NCBI GenBank assembly: GCA_013265495.1
Contig: MU059781.1
Span: 744,001 to 808,000 of the forward strand
DNA from: Vicugna vicugna
Taxonomy: Eukaryota
Direction of reading: 5' to 3'
Length of the DNA: 64,000 nucleotides
The notes under the pieces were generated by a model. It did not search any database. It saw only the letters and a list, made by a program, of their open reading frames with translations, and had not been told where the DNA came from. The translations under genes and the position numbers were made by a program. Positions 24,011 through 37,490 of the stretch are shown here, piece after piece (the stretch's first letter is position 1; every line of letters begins with the position of its first letter).

Positions 24011-26699
24011 GACATCTGGGCACCCAGCCACTCCTCTGGAATCCCAAATACAGAACTAAGTGGTAAAGGAGTCATCAGCAGCAAACACAGCCCCCCATAC
24101 CCTCTTTGAGATGACTGTCCCCCAGGACCCCTCAGGACATCTCCCTCCCCCAGGAAACCTCTGCAGCAGGCATACTCCCTGCTAAGAGCCCTGGCAGTTT
24201 AGATTTTCTGCTTGTAGAAATTTCTCTCCAGTACATCTCAGGGGAGCTGGGGCTTGCACTGCTGGACTTGGATGGCCCTGAGCAAAATGTAAAGATGGAA
24301 AAATACCTTGGCTTGCCTGCCCCTCCCCTCTTTTTTCTGTGCCTTTGTCCCCTCAAAGTCAGATCTGCTCCCCTCCCCCACACACAGACTCAGGCCCTCT
24401 TTTCTGCTGAAATTACCCAAATCATCAGAAATGTACTGTCTGGACAAGCAAAACTGACGAGATTGTGACCTCAATGATGCTGCCGCTAGTAAGACCCTCC
24501 TGCCCGCTTCCCGCCAGCCTCCTCTCCTTCTGGGAACTCAGTGGGGGTGAGGAGGGGTGTAAACAAATCCTTACAGTATAAACCTCACATTGGTGAGGGA
24601 AAGGACCCCAGTGAGGCCTCTGAAATGCCATCACTGCACTGCCCCTTTCCCCACCCTGGCCACACCATGGACCCAGGCCCTGGTACCTGCAACAGGACAC
24701 TTTGGATGTGATGGACACCTGCTCTGGCTGGAGGAGAGGAGGTGCCACTGCCACCTCTTCCTCCTGCTCCCAGTCCTGCTTCTCCACAGTCCTCACCCTC
24801 CTACCCAGTGGGATACCAGAAAGCAGTTTTTCCAAATATGTTTTAGTGCTTGAACTGCCTTTGTTAGGCCATCGACCTCCTTTTCTCCCCGCTGGAATAT
24901 CCCATCACTGCAGACACTTCCAGAATCCTAGGGCTTCTTATTATTTGCAATTGTCCCTGTTGAGATCAGACCTGTAATACTCTAAATCAGTTCATCACGT
25001 TACGAAGTGTAGATGAGAAGAAAGAAAACCCCACCATGCTGATGGATGACTGTTCCATTTTATGAATTGATGTCAATCTACATGCAGTCCCTTAAGATGC
25101 CAAAGTCAGAGATACAAAGGATCAATTCTTTCTCTGAGTGGTTTACTTTAAAGTGCATTGTTTTTAGGTGATTGCTGTAGTGTCATTTCATGTAAAATGC
25201 TAAAATCAGAAATAACAATCCTTTGGAGCCAAGTTAAAAAAACAATTGCCCTCAGGGATACAAAGATCTTTCTTTGTTGTAGTTCTGCTTGAGGAAACAC
25301 CCAACAGTTCTGCCAGGAATTTATCTAACCCTCGACTGTCCTTCTGTTGCCTTTTCCCACTTTTGTTCGCAGGCTGGGAACACAGGAGAACAGTTTCTGT
25401 TTTTACAATTTCTATCACTTGCAGCCTTCTAGCTAAAGCCAGAAAACTCTGCTCCTGTAGGAATTAAAGGAGAAGAAGAAGAAGATGAAGAGGAGGACAG
25501 GAAGGAGGAGGAAGTGGCCTCCATCCCATACAGAGAAGATTAAGCACAAAAGGCACTTTAGTTCACATTTTGATCATTTTGATTCCATTTCAGCCAAGGG
25601 GGAGATAGGGAGGGTGGACTCATTGGACCACGTGGTCAGGACACACCAAATTCATCCCTGTCCAGCTAATGGAGAATTTGGAAGAAGGTCAGCATTGCCT
25701 GTCTAATATTTACATAGGGCATTAAAACCCACAAATCTCTTGTGAGTGTGTATTTTCCCCCCAAAGATTCGAAGACCAGTTTATCATCTAAGACTGGCTT
25801 TATTTTCAAAATGTGTGCTTAGGTGAACACATTTTCTCTCTGAGAGCTTCAGTTTGTTTTTAAGGCAGCATTAATGACTGACAATGAGTCATCCAGTTCT
25901 GTGGCTTCGAACAGTAGCTTATAGTTATGCAATAGCTTAAAATTCAACTTTGAGCAATGTCCACAGCAGGGAAGGACAATTAGTAAGTTCATTAATTGTG
26001 CTTTTGTGTACACTTTTATTCTCCAGGCTAATTATTTGTTTAAATTATTTTGCCTCTATCAAACATGTTATTGCACAAAACTATTTCAGCTTAGGTTTCT
26101 GGTATGAAATATAAGGCTTGGGAAGTTCAGACATTCTTCTGAAATGTAATCAGCTTGCTAATGACCAGTACTCAATATGGAGACTTTTTTTAAAGCATAT
26201 AAGCAGGTAGTTTGGGGAATATAAATATAGGAAGAATTATGATTCACATTGCTGCCCATCCTCCTCCTCTGATGTGGACAGTAGACATCCTCCATGGTTG
26301 ATTTTAAACATAGTCAAGCTCTGGCATGCCATAGTCGGCAACAAGCGGTCTTGTGCAAAGTATTCTATATACAACAAAACATATCAGTTGCCAAGCCAAT
26401 ACAGTAGTGTACACGATAGAAGTAAGATGACGAAAACCTCCTCCTTTTTCTAAATTCCCCGTGTGTCTGGGCTGTAGCTATAAGAAGAACCAGCTGCCAC
26501 TGGAGCCAGTGCCTTCCAGTTCCCAATTCCAGGTGTGTGGCCTGAAAGGAGATTGATGACTTGGTGTAGGCACAGCCAGTTTTCTCCACCAGGTACAAGA
26601 AGCAAAGGCGGAACACAGAAACAGCCAGTCCTCCCTTCTCAAGCATCTTCCCAGCCTGACCAAGGCCTCTGCGGAGTCCAGAACTCATAGAAGGAGAAA

Positions 26700-26895
26700 G
26701 CTGATAAGGGTTCACTCCACACCTGCTGAGCCCTGGCACTGGGCTAGGCATTTGACCAATACGTTTAATCATTGCGATCTCCCTATAAAGTGCACATCAT
26801 GAGTCCCACCGTCCAGAAGAGTAAATGGAGGTCAGGAGATGGGTGGGAACCCATAACAGTGTGACTGCAAATCCTGTGGCCTTTCCATCAGACCA
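26700..26895 (-). mobile_element. MIR SINE
   Basis: gccctggcactgggctaggcattt...tttaatc...cagaagagtaaatggaggtcaggaga. Confidence 0.6.
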
Positions 26896-26944
26896 TGTGG
26901 CTTTCCCGGTGTCTAACACAGCAATTAGCCAGAGCACATGCTCC

Positions 26945-27060
26945 ATTCATTCACTCATTCATTCAAAACATATTTATTGAGGGCATACTACATGCCTGAG
27001 GATAGAGCAGTAAACAAGTTAAAGATTCTGGCCCTCAAAGGCTTCAGTGATAAATAGATG
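26945..27060 (-). mobile_element. L2 3' end
   Basis: cattcattcactcattcattcaaaacatatttattgagggcatactacatgcc is the reverse L2 tail. Confidence 0.8.
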
Positions 27061-28109
27061 AATGTATCCCGTTCTAGTGATAAACGTGGGTTGAATGCAG
27101 TTTGGACACGTGCAGGCCTGGCCTACAGCAATAATATTGTATCCTCCTCATCATCTCACAACCATGTATGTGTTCCTGCTCTGCCAACTGTTTCCACTCC
27201 AAGTGAAAAAAAGCCAGGGACTCCAATCAAGCCCCCAGAGGGAGAAGCAGGAAGGCTGTGGCCCCATCCCAAAGGCCTTGGTTACATCTCAGGCCAGTTA
27301 ATAGAAGGTGAGGGTGGCTGGGTGTGGATTCACTGCCCTCTTCACATTCTGGCAGGACTACTACAGCAGGAAGCTCCATCGCCAATGCAGAGTGGGCTAT
27401 AGAATGTGCTTCTGTATCACTGCAGGAAGTCAGAGCCTCCCCCAGCCAAGGAGACCAAGGTAGGGGATGCAGCCCTTCAAACACCAGAGAGAACAGAGCT
27501 GGATCTCAGACTGAAACTACAAAGGAGGCACAGGGGCTACTTTAGTGGCTGATGCTTATGTTTTGAGTCCAATATTCACCAGAATAAGGATGGGGAGAAC
27601 CTAGGGGGAGCACTGCCTGTGGAGGGTCTCTCTCCACACGACACTTCAAGGGTCTTTCTCCCCCTCACTTAGATGTCCTGGGGGACTTTACTTCTCCCTG
27701 TCCCCCAGGAACCAATGCCAAAATCCACCTATAGTACATTTCGGTCTTTAGATGTGGACTGGGCAGGGGTCTATTTTCAATTATGCAAAGTACTGAACAG
27801 AAGCCTGGTATCATGAACATTTGTTGAGGACCCTCTCCTTTTCCCCACGGTACTGTCCCACTTTGAGCAGGGGCTCCCAGCTGGGAGGTCCCAGACCTAT
27901 AACAGAGCTCAGAGCATAGGGAGGTGCCTGGTGGTGACAGTCTGACAAAGCCCAGCACGAGGAGCCACGGGCTCTGGTTGGTCCCGCATCCTAAGCACGT
28001 GAAACCAGGGAGATAAATTTTCAACCAAGCTGCCATCCATGCAGCACTCCCTTGGGGAAACCATTCCTGACCCCCAAAGACCAGAGAAGCAATCCTTAAG
28101 CCACCCTGG

Positions 28110-28263
28110 ACGAGCACTGTATCTGACACCTGCCCTGTAACAGTCTGTTTATCTGACTATTTTTCCTGCAGAGATGGTACCATGTCCATATCCCTGATAT
28201 CCACCACAGTGCCTGGTACACAACAGTCACCCAATAAATATCAACTGAATGAGTGAATGAATG
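28110..28263 (+). mobile_element. L2 3' end
   Basis: cacagtgcctggtacacaacagtcacccaataaatatcaactgaatgagtgaatgaat. Confidence 0.8.
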
Positions 28264-28444
28264 GTGAAAGAATTTTGTAAATTGAAAACCACCATTATTA
28301 GCAGCACATATTGTGATTTGAAACATTATAGCACTGGGAGCAAACACGTGCTTTTTCTTTTTACTTCTTTCCATTCAGATGCGTATACACATGTGCCCAC
28401 AGATATGCACCATAGGACCAGAAATTTAAGAACACTTCAATTAA

Positions 28445-28560
28445 GTTAAACTCAACAAACATGTATTGGGCACCTGCTAACTGCCAAGCACTTTTTTAGG
28501 TACCTAGGATACATCAGTGAACAACAAGCACTCTGACAAAATACGTCATTCTCACAGTTT
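28445..28560 (-). mobile_element. L2 3' end
   Basis: ctcaacaaacatgtattgggcacctgct...gccaagcact...ggatacatcagtgaac. Confidence 0.75.
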
Positions 28561-29379
28561 CTTTGAAAACCTCTACAGCACAGCCAGGACAACTGTCTCC
28601 TACTTTAAGTCCGTATTTAGCATTAAATCCCCTAAGCTTCCGTTTGCTTCAGACATTTCCAGGGGTAGAGTTCATCATGGAATCTTGAAAAGCAGATCAG
28701 TTGGGAGGTGATTTGTCCTTCACTACAGTAAAGATAGTGACTTTCTGTGGATGACATTGATTGTAAAAACTCCCAGGAGGTGCCCCTTTGCAAAACTATT
28801 GGACCTACCCCTTGACGTTCGGTGCTGTCCTCTGATGTAAGCATAAGCAAATGGATTCTTTTTTTCACTTGTATGTTTAACTTTTATTACGTAAGGGCTG
28901 AGCTCACCTGTCTTCTTTTTCCCCAACAATGGAAATACAGCTTCTGTGAACGTCATCTTGAATTTATCATTCAGCTTTTAAACAGTCTGACTGTCATATT
29001 TTCTCCGCCCCGGCTAAGACAGGGACACTCCCAATCTGTTGGCTGCCTTTCGATACAGCGTATCCATCTACTGAGATCACTAAATTGCCTTCAGTGAGTC
29101 AGTCTGTGTGCAGATGAAAATTCCATTCCACTCCTACTGAATGAGGATGTAATCTAATCACTCACAGTTTACATGAACTAGACAAAAGGAAGACAGGATT
29201 AAAGATCAGAGATGTTCTGTGACCATTTTTATCACTACTGAGAGTATGATTCAAAGTAGCTGCTCTGTTCTTGGCAAGTGAGCAGTGCTGTCTTCCCACG
29301 TAGACTCACGTCACCAAGAATTTGTTAGAAAGTGTCCAACCCTGGGGCGAGCGCATGCACTACAGGAGAATCAAAAGAA

Positions 29380-29900
29380 TCAAGTACACAGTACCTGCTT
29401 CCCAAAAGGGCAGCACACTTCCACTGAGGAAGCCAAACTTAAATAGTTGATCAGGAGATGCTAAGACATATGGATCTAACTGGAACTCATAGAAGACTTC
29501 ACAGAGCAGATGGGACTTGAAGATGGATCTTGAAAGGTGGAGAGGTGTGGATTAGAGTGAGCTTCGAAAAGAGGACAAACATGAGCATGGTCAGAAGTGC
29601 TGTCTGGTGGGGAGAGTAAGAACACCATTCGGGCTGCTGTGAATGGTCCCCGTGCAGAAGGAATCAGAAATAAGTTTATAAAAGAGAGTTTAAGGCAAAC
29701 TGTGAATGTTACTAAATGCTGGGCAGAAAAGTTTAGATTTCATCTGATGTGCTCTAAAAAGCTGTTTTCAAGTCATGAATGGAGGAGCAATAGGATGGAA
29801 CTGGCTATTGGAATATTCAGTAGGCAGCAGCCTTCACAATGGACGAGAAAAGAGAGTGAAGATCTTTTTAAAAGTCAGTCAGAGGGAAGAGCTGTTGAGA
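29380..29900 (-). mobile_element. L2 internal fragments
   Basis: gaagacttcacagagcagatgggacttgaagatggatcttgaaagg...aagtttagatttcatc are reverse L2 motifs. Confidence 0.55.
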
Positions 29901-30049
29901 AGTTCAGTGAGAGTCACAGCATTGTGATATAAAAGAGGAGTTGATACATTTAAGGAACTGTGAAGGGACAAGGGTTAAAAATTAGGATTGATTAAAGATG
30001 TAACAGGAAGAATAAAACATAATCCTAGAAGGGCAGACCAAACTCCAAA

Positions 30050-31240
30050 ATACAGTACTTGCAACACTCATAACCTCCCTGGTAAAGTTTACCAAACCAA
30101 ACAAAACAGAGCCCTTACAACCAATAATAAAATGAAAAACTGTAAAACAAGTTAGAAAACTAGATAGAGAATATGAATATTAAAATGTCCAAAGAAATCT
30201 AAAAGTCTATTAAACATATGAAGTCACATTTAACCACACTAAAAATTGCAAATAAAAACAATAACCAGGTATTATTTTACCTATTGGTTTGGATAAAAGT
30301 AATAATAATTTTTCTATTATAATACCTGGTGTTTGTAAGGACACTTGTCCATGGGAAGGTAAACTGAGGTACCCCTTCCGGAGAGCAATTTGGCAGTATC
30401 AAAAAATCTGACAAACATGTCTATTTATCTTGAGCCCAGGTTTTCTACTTCTCATGAGTCATTTCTCATATACGTTTATCAAAGTGTCCCTCAAGAGTAG
30501 TATACTGGAAAATAAACTAAATGTCCAACAATAAGATGCTGGATATAAGAAGTATGGAACATCATATAGACCTTAACATCACTGAAGAGAAATATTTAAT
30601 ACACGGGAAAATGTGCATAACATGTTAATTTAAAAGGCAGATTATAAAGAGCTTGCACAGTATGTTCCTAATTTTTAAAAATATGTATACGTAGGTCAAA
30701 TACAATTGCAGACTTTGAATTCTAAATCAAACAAAAAAATCTGAAGACAGTCAGAGAAAACCAAACATGCACTAAGTATTAGATGAAACTGAGTATTTGC
30801 TGTTAGTTTTGCTAGATATGGGAATGACATTTTAGTAATTTTTTTTAAAGTTTTTAGTGTTAGAGATATATACTGAAGTGTTATAGGGTAAATTATATAA
30901 AATCTTGAATTTGCTTCCCAATACTCAAAAATAAAACAAAGGAATTAGATAAAACAAGAATAACAAACTGATGATAAGTATGAATTATCAGTTCTCTCCA
31001 TTTTGAAAATTTCCATAATAAAAATGTTAATTAAAAAAGGGATGGCAGAACCCTGCCACACTTTAAAAATACTTATGTGTTTGTGTATAAAAAGATCGAA
31101 ATGTAATGAAAGTAGTTACAATGATTATTGCTGGTTAGACAACTAGCTCGTTTTCATTTTCTTGTTGTTATATAAATATATTTTCCAAATTTCTACAATG
31201 AAAATATAAAACTCTTATAATCAAAAAAGAAGTCTATATG
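30050..31240 (+). mobile_element. Old L1ME-type 3' end, apparently interrupted by an L1MC-type 3' end (about 30710-31030)
   Basis: ggagagcaatttggcagtatc, actaaatgtccaacaat and the terminal ttttccaaatttctacaatga are L1ME-like. ttagagatatatactgaagtgtt...gaatttgcttcc...aatttccataata is L1MC-like. Confidence 0.7.
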
Positions 31241-31557
31241 CACTTTTTAAAGCTTCTTTGGTTTTGACTTTAAAGAGGTAAAGGAAATGGTGACACCAAT
31301 AGCTAAAACGAAGATGATGAGAACCAGAGAGGGTGTGGGAGGGAAACGTACTCAAAACAGGATTTGTAGGAGTGGCAGTACTGGTACCCATCTGGACAGA
31401 GCCCTGAACTCAACTGGAAAAGGGAGTTGAGAGGATGAAGGAGTTGGGAAGGCAGGGACCCTGAGTTTAAATCTTTTAAGCATGTTACTATTAGATACAA
31501 TAGCTTTGCAATTTACCTTGGGAATAATGATTTGGGAAATTGAAATTTTTTTTCTCC

Positions 31558-32420
31558 CACTCATTTATTCTACAGGGTCCAGGTACTGTTCTAGATGCTG
31601 GAAGCACAGTGGTAAAACAGAGAGGCTTGAATAAGTCCCCAGATTTACAAACTGGCAGCAGAGAGTGATATTAAACCCAAAACTACACAAACAGTCAATT
31701 GTAATAACTTATGAAAGAGAAGAACAAAGTACCATGAAAGCCCATAACAGAAAGACTCAACCTACTTTTCAGTCATTCTGGGAAACTTTCCTGAAGAAGT
31801 TTTCTCCTGAAAGATAAACACGAGTTTGGCAAACAGTGGGGTAGGACCAGGGGACAAGCTTACCCTTCCTTGATGCTAAAACAAACGTGATCATTTGAGG
31901 GACAAAGATAAAGCCAGTGTGGCAGGAGCAGAAAGTGAGGGATAGAGGAGCCTAAGATGAAATTGGAGAGGGAGGCTGTGGAGAACATGCAGGTGTTTCA
32001 GGCCATGAGAAGGCTCGTACTGTTCTTTTATTCTATTCTAAGCAGACAGGAGGCCGTTCAAGTTCAGGTAGAAGGTGGTCACTGCAGTGCATGCATCTGA
32101 AAAGAAGTCATACCAAGAGTGTTCAGAGGCCTGTGAGCCGTCAAGGTGGAAGAAGTTGATGCTTTGGACTAGAGTATTGGCAGCGGAGGTGGAGAGAAGT
32201 GGGTAGATTAAAGAGATTTAAAATTTCCAGAAAGAGAAAGTGAACCAGTAAAGAGGATTGGGAAGCAGCTGGAAAGGTGGGAGGAAGATCAGGTAACCAC
32301 CCTCAAGGAAGGCCTGTTTTCTGGAAGGAAGAAGTAGTCAAAAAGGTTGGATGCTCTAATGGTGTACACTGGATAAGCTACAAGCAGAGCCAATGTCCAG
32401 CAGACCCATCATTATGAAAT
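31558..32420 (-). mobile_element. L2 LINE 3' ~0.85 kb
   Basis: ctcatttattc...ccaggtactgttctagatgctgga...ggaaactttcctgaagaagt...aaagccagtgtggcaggagcag. Confidence 0.8.
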
Positions 32421-32489
32421 TACCTCTGGATATGTATTTTGATGACATTAGGGTGTTAGTACTTGCAAAAATGTGGCTGCTCTTACGAA

Positions 32490-32677
32490 GCACTTGCATT
32501 TGGATCCCAACTCTAGCACTTCCTGTTGGTATGACTATCAACTATTTAATCTCTGGGCCCAGTTTCCTCATCTGTAAAGTGGGCTTAACAATCCCTACTC
32601 ATAAGGCTGTTGGTAGGGTTAACATAATGTATACCATGTTCCTGGTGCATTGATGGTGCTTAATAAATAAGCATCAT
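32490..32677 (+). mobile_element. MIR SINE
   Basis: ctctgggcccagtttcctcatctgtaaagtggg...ggtgcttaataaata. Confidence 0.85.
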
Positions 32678-33939
32678 TTTCCAGTCCTTCCTTTTTTCAC
32701 TGTTTAGCCTGCTGTTATCAACTCCCAAAATTATGTGACCAGGGACTCTTTACTCATTTCTTTTCTACTGCCCTAGAACAAAGGGAACATAATCAAGAGT
32801 GGACACATTATTTGATATCGGCTTCAAAAGCACACCGTGTTTGATGTGTGATGCTGATGTGTGATGCTCGATCTATTAGATATTAATATTAGCCTGCTGG
32901 CTTTGTGCTGTTTATTTTGGTAACATGACCCTGACTAGATTCCCAGCTGCAAGAATTAAAGTGTGGGCTTTCCGTTGTTGTTTGGCTTTTCCCCCCCCTT
33001 CTACAGCCAGGGTGAGGTTGAATAAGCATCCAATGTAACAGCCTTCAGCTGAGTTTGCTGAGCTCTTAAATTTCAAGAATCAGGTCTATCTAGGGAAATT
33101 TTTCATACCTCAGGTGGCTGTCCCACCTCCAGGCTGCCTTAAGGTATTCCTTGGACCCTGTTTCTTAGCATGGGTTCACCATCCTTACCCTGCACCTGCC
33201 CCTCTGAAAACTCTGAAGCCCCTGCTTCCTCTTTGAAGGAATGGAGATTAGGTAGGAGAAGACTGGAGAAATTGTAGAGGAGAAAGGGGTTCCCAGGAAT
33301 AACGGCGAGGAGAAGAAATAAAAGGAGGAAGAGGAGGAATGAAGGGGGGTGGTGAAAGAGAGAAAGAAAAGGAGACCAAAGAAGAGGGATATAAGGAACT
33401 AATCTTTACATACCCCTCCGTTCTCAACCATTTCATTTCATTTTCACAAGGCTATGAAGTGGGTCCTGTATTACCACAAGGGTAGGTCTCCTTTCTGTGA
33501 CTCTGGTCCTTTTCCCAAGAAATTCTAGGCATCATATCTGCTTTCCCACCCCACAGAACAAAATCCGAACTCTGTAGCATGCCATTCAGGGTTCTGTAGG
33601 AACGAGTCCTCATAGGTGAGGGGACCACGTCACACAAACCAAACCCAGACTCTTTTGAGAGTAAAAGTGGGTGCCACTTGTAATTACGCTGGAAGGCAGA
33701 TGAAAACCCAGGTTGTCATGGGCTAACTGGATATACCATCAGCTCCACCCGATGTCTGTCCTGAGCTGCCCACCGTGCTGCATCACTGACCTTCCCAAAT
33801 CCACCGTGCTTTATCATAGGTGTGCAAGACTAACCAACCCCCACCCATCCCATTCCAACCTAGAAAACTCATTCTTTAACACTTGTTTCAGAAAACACTG
33901 CCTCTGTGAAGTCCATCTAAAGTCTCAAAGCCAGCCTGC

Positions 33940-34125
33940 AGAGGGCTTAGAGCCCAGGCTTTGTACCCCCGTTGAACCGGGAGTTCAAATCCTAGCTCCA
34001 CCACCCGCACACCAGGTGTGTTTGGGCAAGATGTTCAAGCTCTCTGTCTCGGCTCCCTTTTCGGTACTACTGAGATAACAGTGCCTCCTTCATGCAGTGG
34101 CTGTGAGGACCAAGTAAGTTCACAA
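33940..34125 (+). mobile_element. MIR SINE
   Basis: gggagttcaaatcctagctccacca...tttgggcaagatgttcaagctctctgtctc...ggctgtgaggac. Confidence 0.75.
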
Positions 34126-36024
34126 GTGAGGGGGACTGGCTTGGCATGAGGACTTCAGGTGGAGTGTGTGAAGCATAAGGATCTTGCTAAACCTATAGGC
34201 ACAGACATGCATATGTCAAGTGCAATGTCAAATGCTAAAGAGTTCATAGACATATTGTACATATTGTCTATAATAATCCTTAGTTTTTATTATGGTGATT
34301 TCAACATCGTCTTAATCAATACAACATGTTAAAATTTCTAAGTTCCCTTCCAGGACTTAAATAATTCTATAAGCTATCCCACATAGACTTTTTGTTGGCA
34401 GGACAGTGGGCAGGTCTCGGAAAGCCTTTTATGAATAAGCAGAACAGGCTTCTATGCATGTGATGCTATTTCAGAGTTCAGCACCATTTGATTTACCTAA
34501 GGTTTGCCTTATTAAAGTGCTGATACTCCTGAGATAAGTAACTGGTCTTTTCTGTCTTCAGTTATTTTTACCTCAGTGTGAATGCATTTCATATCCTTTG
34601 AGTGAAGGCATGAGAGAAGACACTGGATACACTGAAGGGTTGGGAGCAGGAACTACAAAGGTGAAGAAGAGCATGGAAAGGCAGGATTCCAGATGCTTAA
34701 GATGAACTCTGTCCATATCACACTTTTGCTTGGAGCAAATCATGCTTGGAGGGAGATTAATGTTCAGTGCACAGGTTAGGCTGAGCCTTCCACTAGGAGT
34801 GCCCGGGATGATGACCACTCCGTCCCCCGGCCCCACCTTCAACAAACGCTCCCTACACACACACACACGCAACTCATTTCAATGTCATCTGCCTGCCAAT
34901 GTCTAGGTTTACAGTGGCTTTTGTTGTCGTTGTTATTCTCTGGCTGTCATTTTGAGGCTTTTCCCCCTACAGATTTTAATTGAATGTTCCAGAGGGGAGA
35001 TATTTCTAGCACTTAGTTTTGAACTTTTGCTTCATATTGTGACCAATTAAAATATGACTAACTACAGAATACATTTTTCTTTTTCTTCAAGCATCACCTC
35101 CAACAGAGAGAATGGAGCTTTAACTCCATATTATTATTTTCCATGCTGTTTTGACTTAAATAAGAGAAAAGATTTTTTGTAAAGTTCTTCGAAAACTTTT
35201 TGACAACCCCAATTGGGTTTTTTTTCCCCCACTCCATGTATATCTTGGACAGAACTTTCTATAGTCTGTTTTTTCTCCAATCCTCATGTCAAACCTCCTT
35301 GTTAATATAAGTGATCCCCACTGCATGAATGAAAAGCAAGCGTTGGTGGATGACTTTAAAGATGACACCAATATACAGATAGTGGTGCAAATCCCTCTGC
35401 ACCCAGCCCTGTCAGCAACCCCCCACTTCTGTTCCCTTGTGGCCTCTTTTCCCTTCTCCCACAAATCTTGGGCACATTTCCCAGGCTCCTGGCCACCTCT
35501 CAGTGAAGGAAGAGTCTTGACTTCTACAGTGCAAAGAAAAGACAGCACATTGTAATTGAAGCGCCGAAGACTTGCCTCCCGTCTGAAATGTAACCATAAC
35601 AGCACCCTCTATATCTCATCCTCTCAGGAATCCCTCCTCCTCCTGTGCAGTTCATTCCTTTCCTTTCTCCCTTCACTGGCATTTGCTTAAAACTGCTATC
35701 CCCTCTGTCCAGCACATTTGGCTTCCCGCTCTCTTCTCCGTCTCCCAAACTGAAAATACATGCACGATTCCTCCCTCGTCTTAACAAACCTTCCTGCAAA
35801 CACCACCCCTGCCCTGCTGCTCTGTCTTTCTTGTCCACCACCGGATTTCCATGTTCTTCACTGCTCCCTTTTCAACATCATTCAAACACTGATGCACTGA
35901 AATTTGGATCTCCTATATTCCACCCTAGTGACAGTGTGTTGAAGATTCAGACCAGTTAGGGAAGGCCCCTGGATTCAGGCAAGGACTTTTAGAATAGGGA
36001 CAATGTAGTAATTGAAAAAAGAAA

Positions 36025-36099
36025 GAAAAGAAAAGAAAAGAAAAGAAAAGAAAAGAAAAGAAAAGAAAAGAAAAGAAAAGAAAAGAAAAGAAAAGAAAA
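36025..36099. repeat. Perfect (GAAAA)15 pentanucleotide microsatellite
   Basis: Counted directly: 75 bp of uninterrupted GAAAA units. Confidence 0.97.
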
Positions 36100-37359
36100 C
36101 TGAATGTATGTGCCCCCTTTTGAAAAAATTAAAAATTTTAAAAAGCATTTGCTGTTTCCTGAGTCAAAACTGATCTAAAAATGCCTAGACCCAGAGATGA
36201 CAATAAATAGTACACTTGAGTGGGGGAGAGTGGTGGGGGGTGTCAGGGACCACACCTGTCCTTGACATTGACCCCATGGGAGATGACAAGAGCAGTACAC
36301 AGAGACCCTGCCTTCCTGTAGGAGCATGGAGCCAGCTGGGAGAGAACCAGACAGAAAGAAACAGCAGGACATCCTACTGCTTGTTCTCTGGGCGTTGGAG
36401 AGATCTCACATGAGTGTTTACGTGTGCCAGGAAGATAGGGAGGTCTCTGCCCCTTTGTACATTCATGCCCGTGCTCCCCTACCCTACTCCCCTTCCTGTG
36501 TGGTCCAGCTCCTCTCTCTTTAGTCAAAGCAAGAGCAGTTTCCTCTGCACAACATTACTTGCATCATTTACTACTGGCAATTGTCTTCTCTGCTGCATAA
36601 AGTTCCAGAAGTGAATGACAAACCAGGAAGTGAACCTCTTCCCTGTTTCTGGAAAGAGGTATCTTCTTTGTAGTCAAGAAGGTGGAAGGTTATGGGAACA
36701 TCTCTCTCTTTCTTCCCAAGCAACTCATGCCCTTTTTCCATTGCCCCACGCATATTTTCTCCAGGAGACAATCTCAGTAAAGCTGAGTGCCTTTCCACCA
36801 AGGTCTTGGCCTCTGTGCTGAGAGTGCCAACCAGTGTCTGGCAATCCCCTTCCAACGTGGACTGGCAAGTTAAGCAGACCTCAACAATCCAATCCACATA
36901 AACCGTGCAATAGTCCACAGATGGCCAGTATCAGACTGACCACTACTGACCCAGTCTACATTTCAATGTGGGACCTCCAGGTAAAGAGTTTTATGTTGCA
37001 ATAATAATGCCAGAAGAGTCTAGGAGCTCTTAAAATCCTAACTTTTTAAAAGAACACTTTGTTATTAGTCACTGAGAGAGAAGAAACAAAAGAATAAACA
37101 CCTGATGTCCTTAAGAGAAAGAGGAAAAGAAGGGGAGGAGAAATGGTCTCATACACCTCAGTGGATGGAGCTGTTGTCTTTTAAAGCTGTTTATTTCCCA
37201 AAACTCTCAAGAGTTTAAACTCACTGCTTCATTAATTCACTCTACCTAGCTCCAAGGTGGAGAATAAATACTCCTGTGCCCATTTTACAGATAGGGAAGG
37301 TGGGAAGGTCAAAGGCTTAATGCAAACTTGGTTTCCCACATATGGAGAAATAGAGTTTT

Positions 37360-37490
37360 AGCAATTGACAAACTCTGTGACCTTTGGAAAGTTATTCATT
37401 CTAAGTTTCAGTTTCCTTATTTGCAAATAAGGATTATAGGAACTTTGTGAGGATAAGTGGAATAGTATATGTAAAGATCACCACACAGGA
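37360..37490 (+). mobile_element. MIR SINE
   Basis: ctgtgacctttggaaagtta...tcagtttccttatttgcaaataaggattata...gtgaggat. Confidence 0.75.

Noticed and set aside
33255-33400. Purine-rich GA tracts (also about 18960-19060 and 25465-25515, and a pyrimidine tract at about 770-890)
   Set aside because: Ordinary low-complexity sequence without long perfect mirror symmetry.
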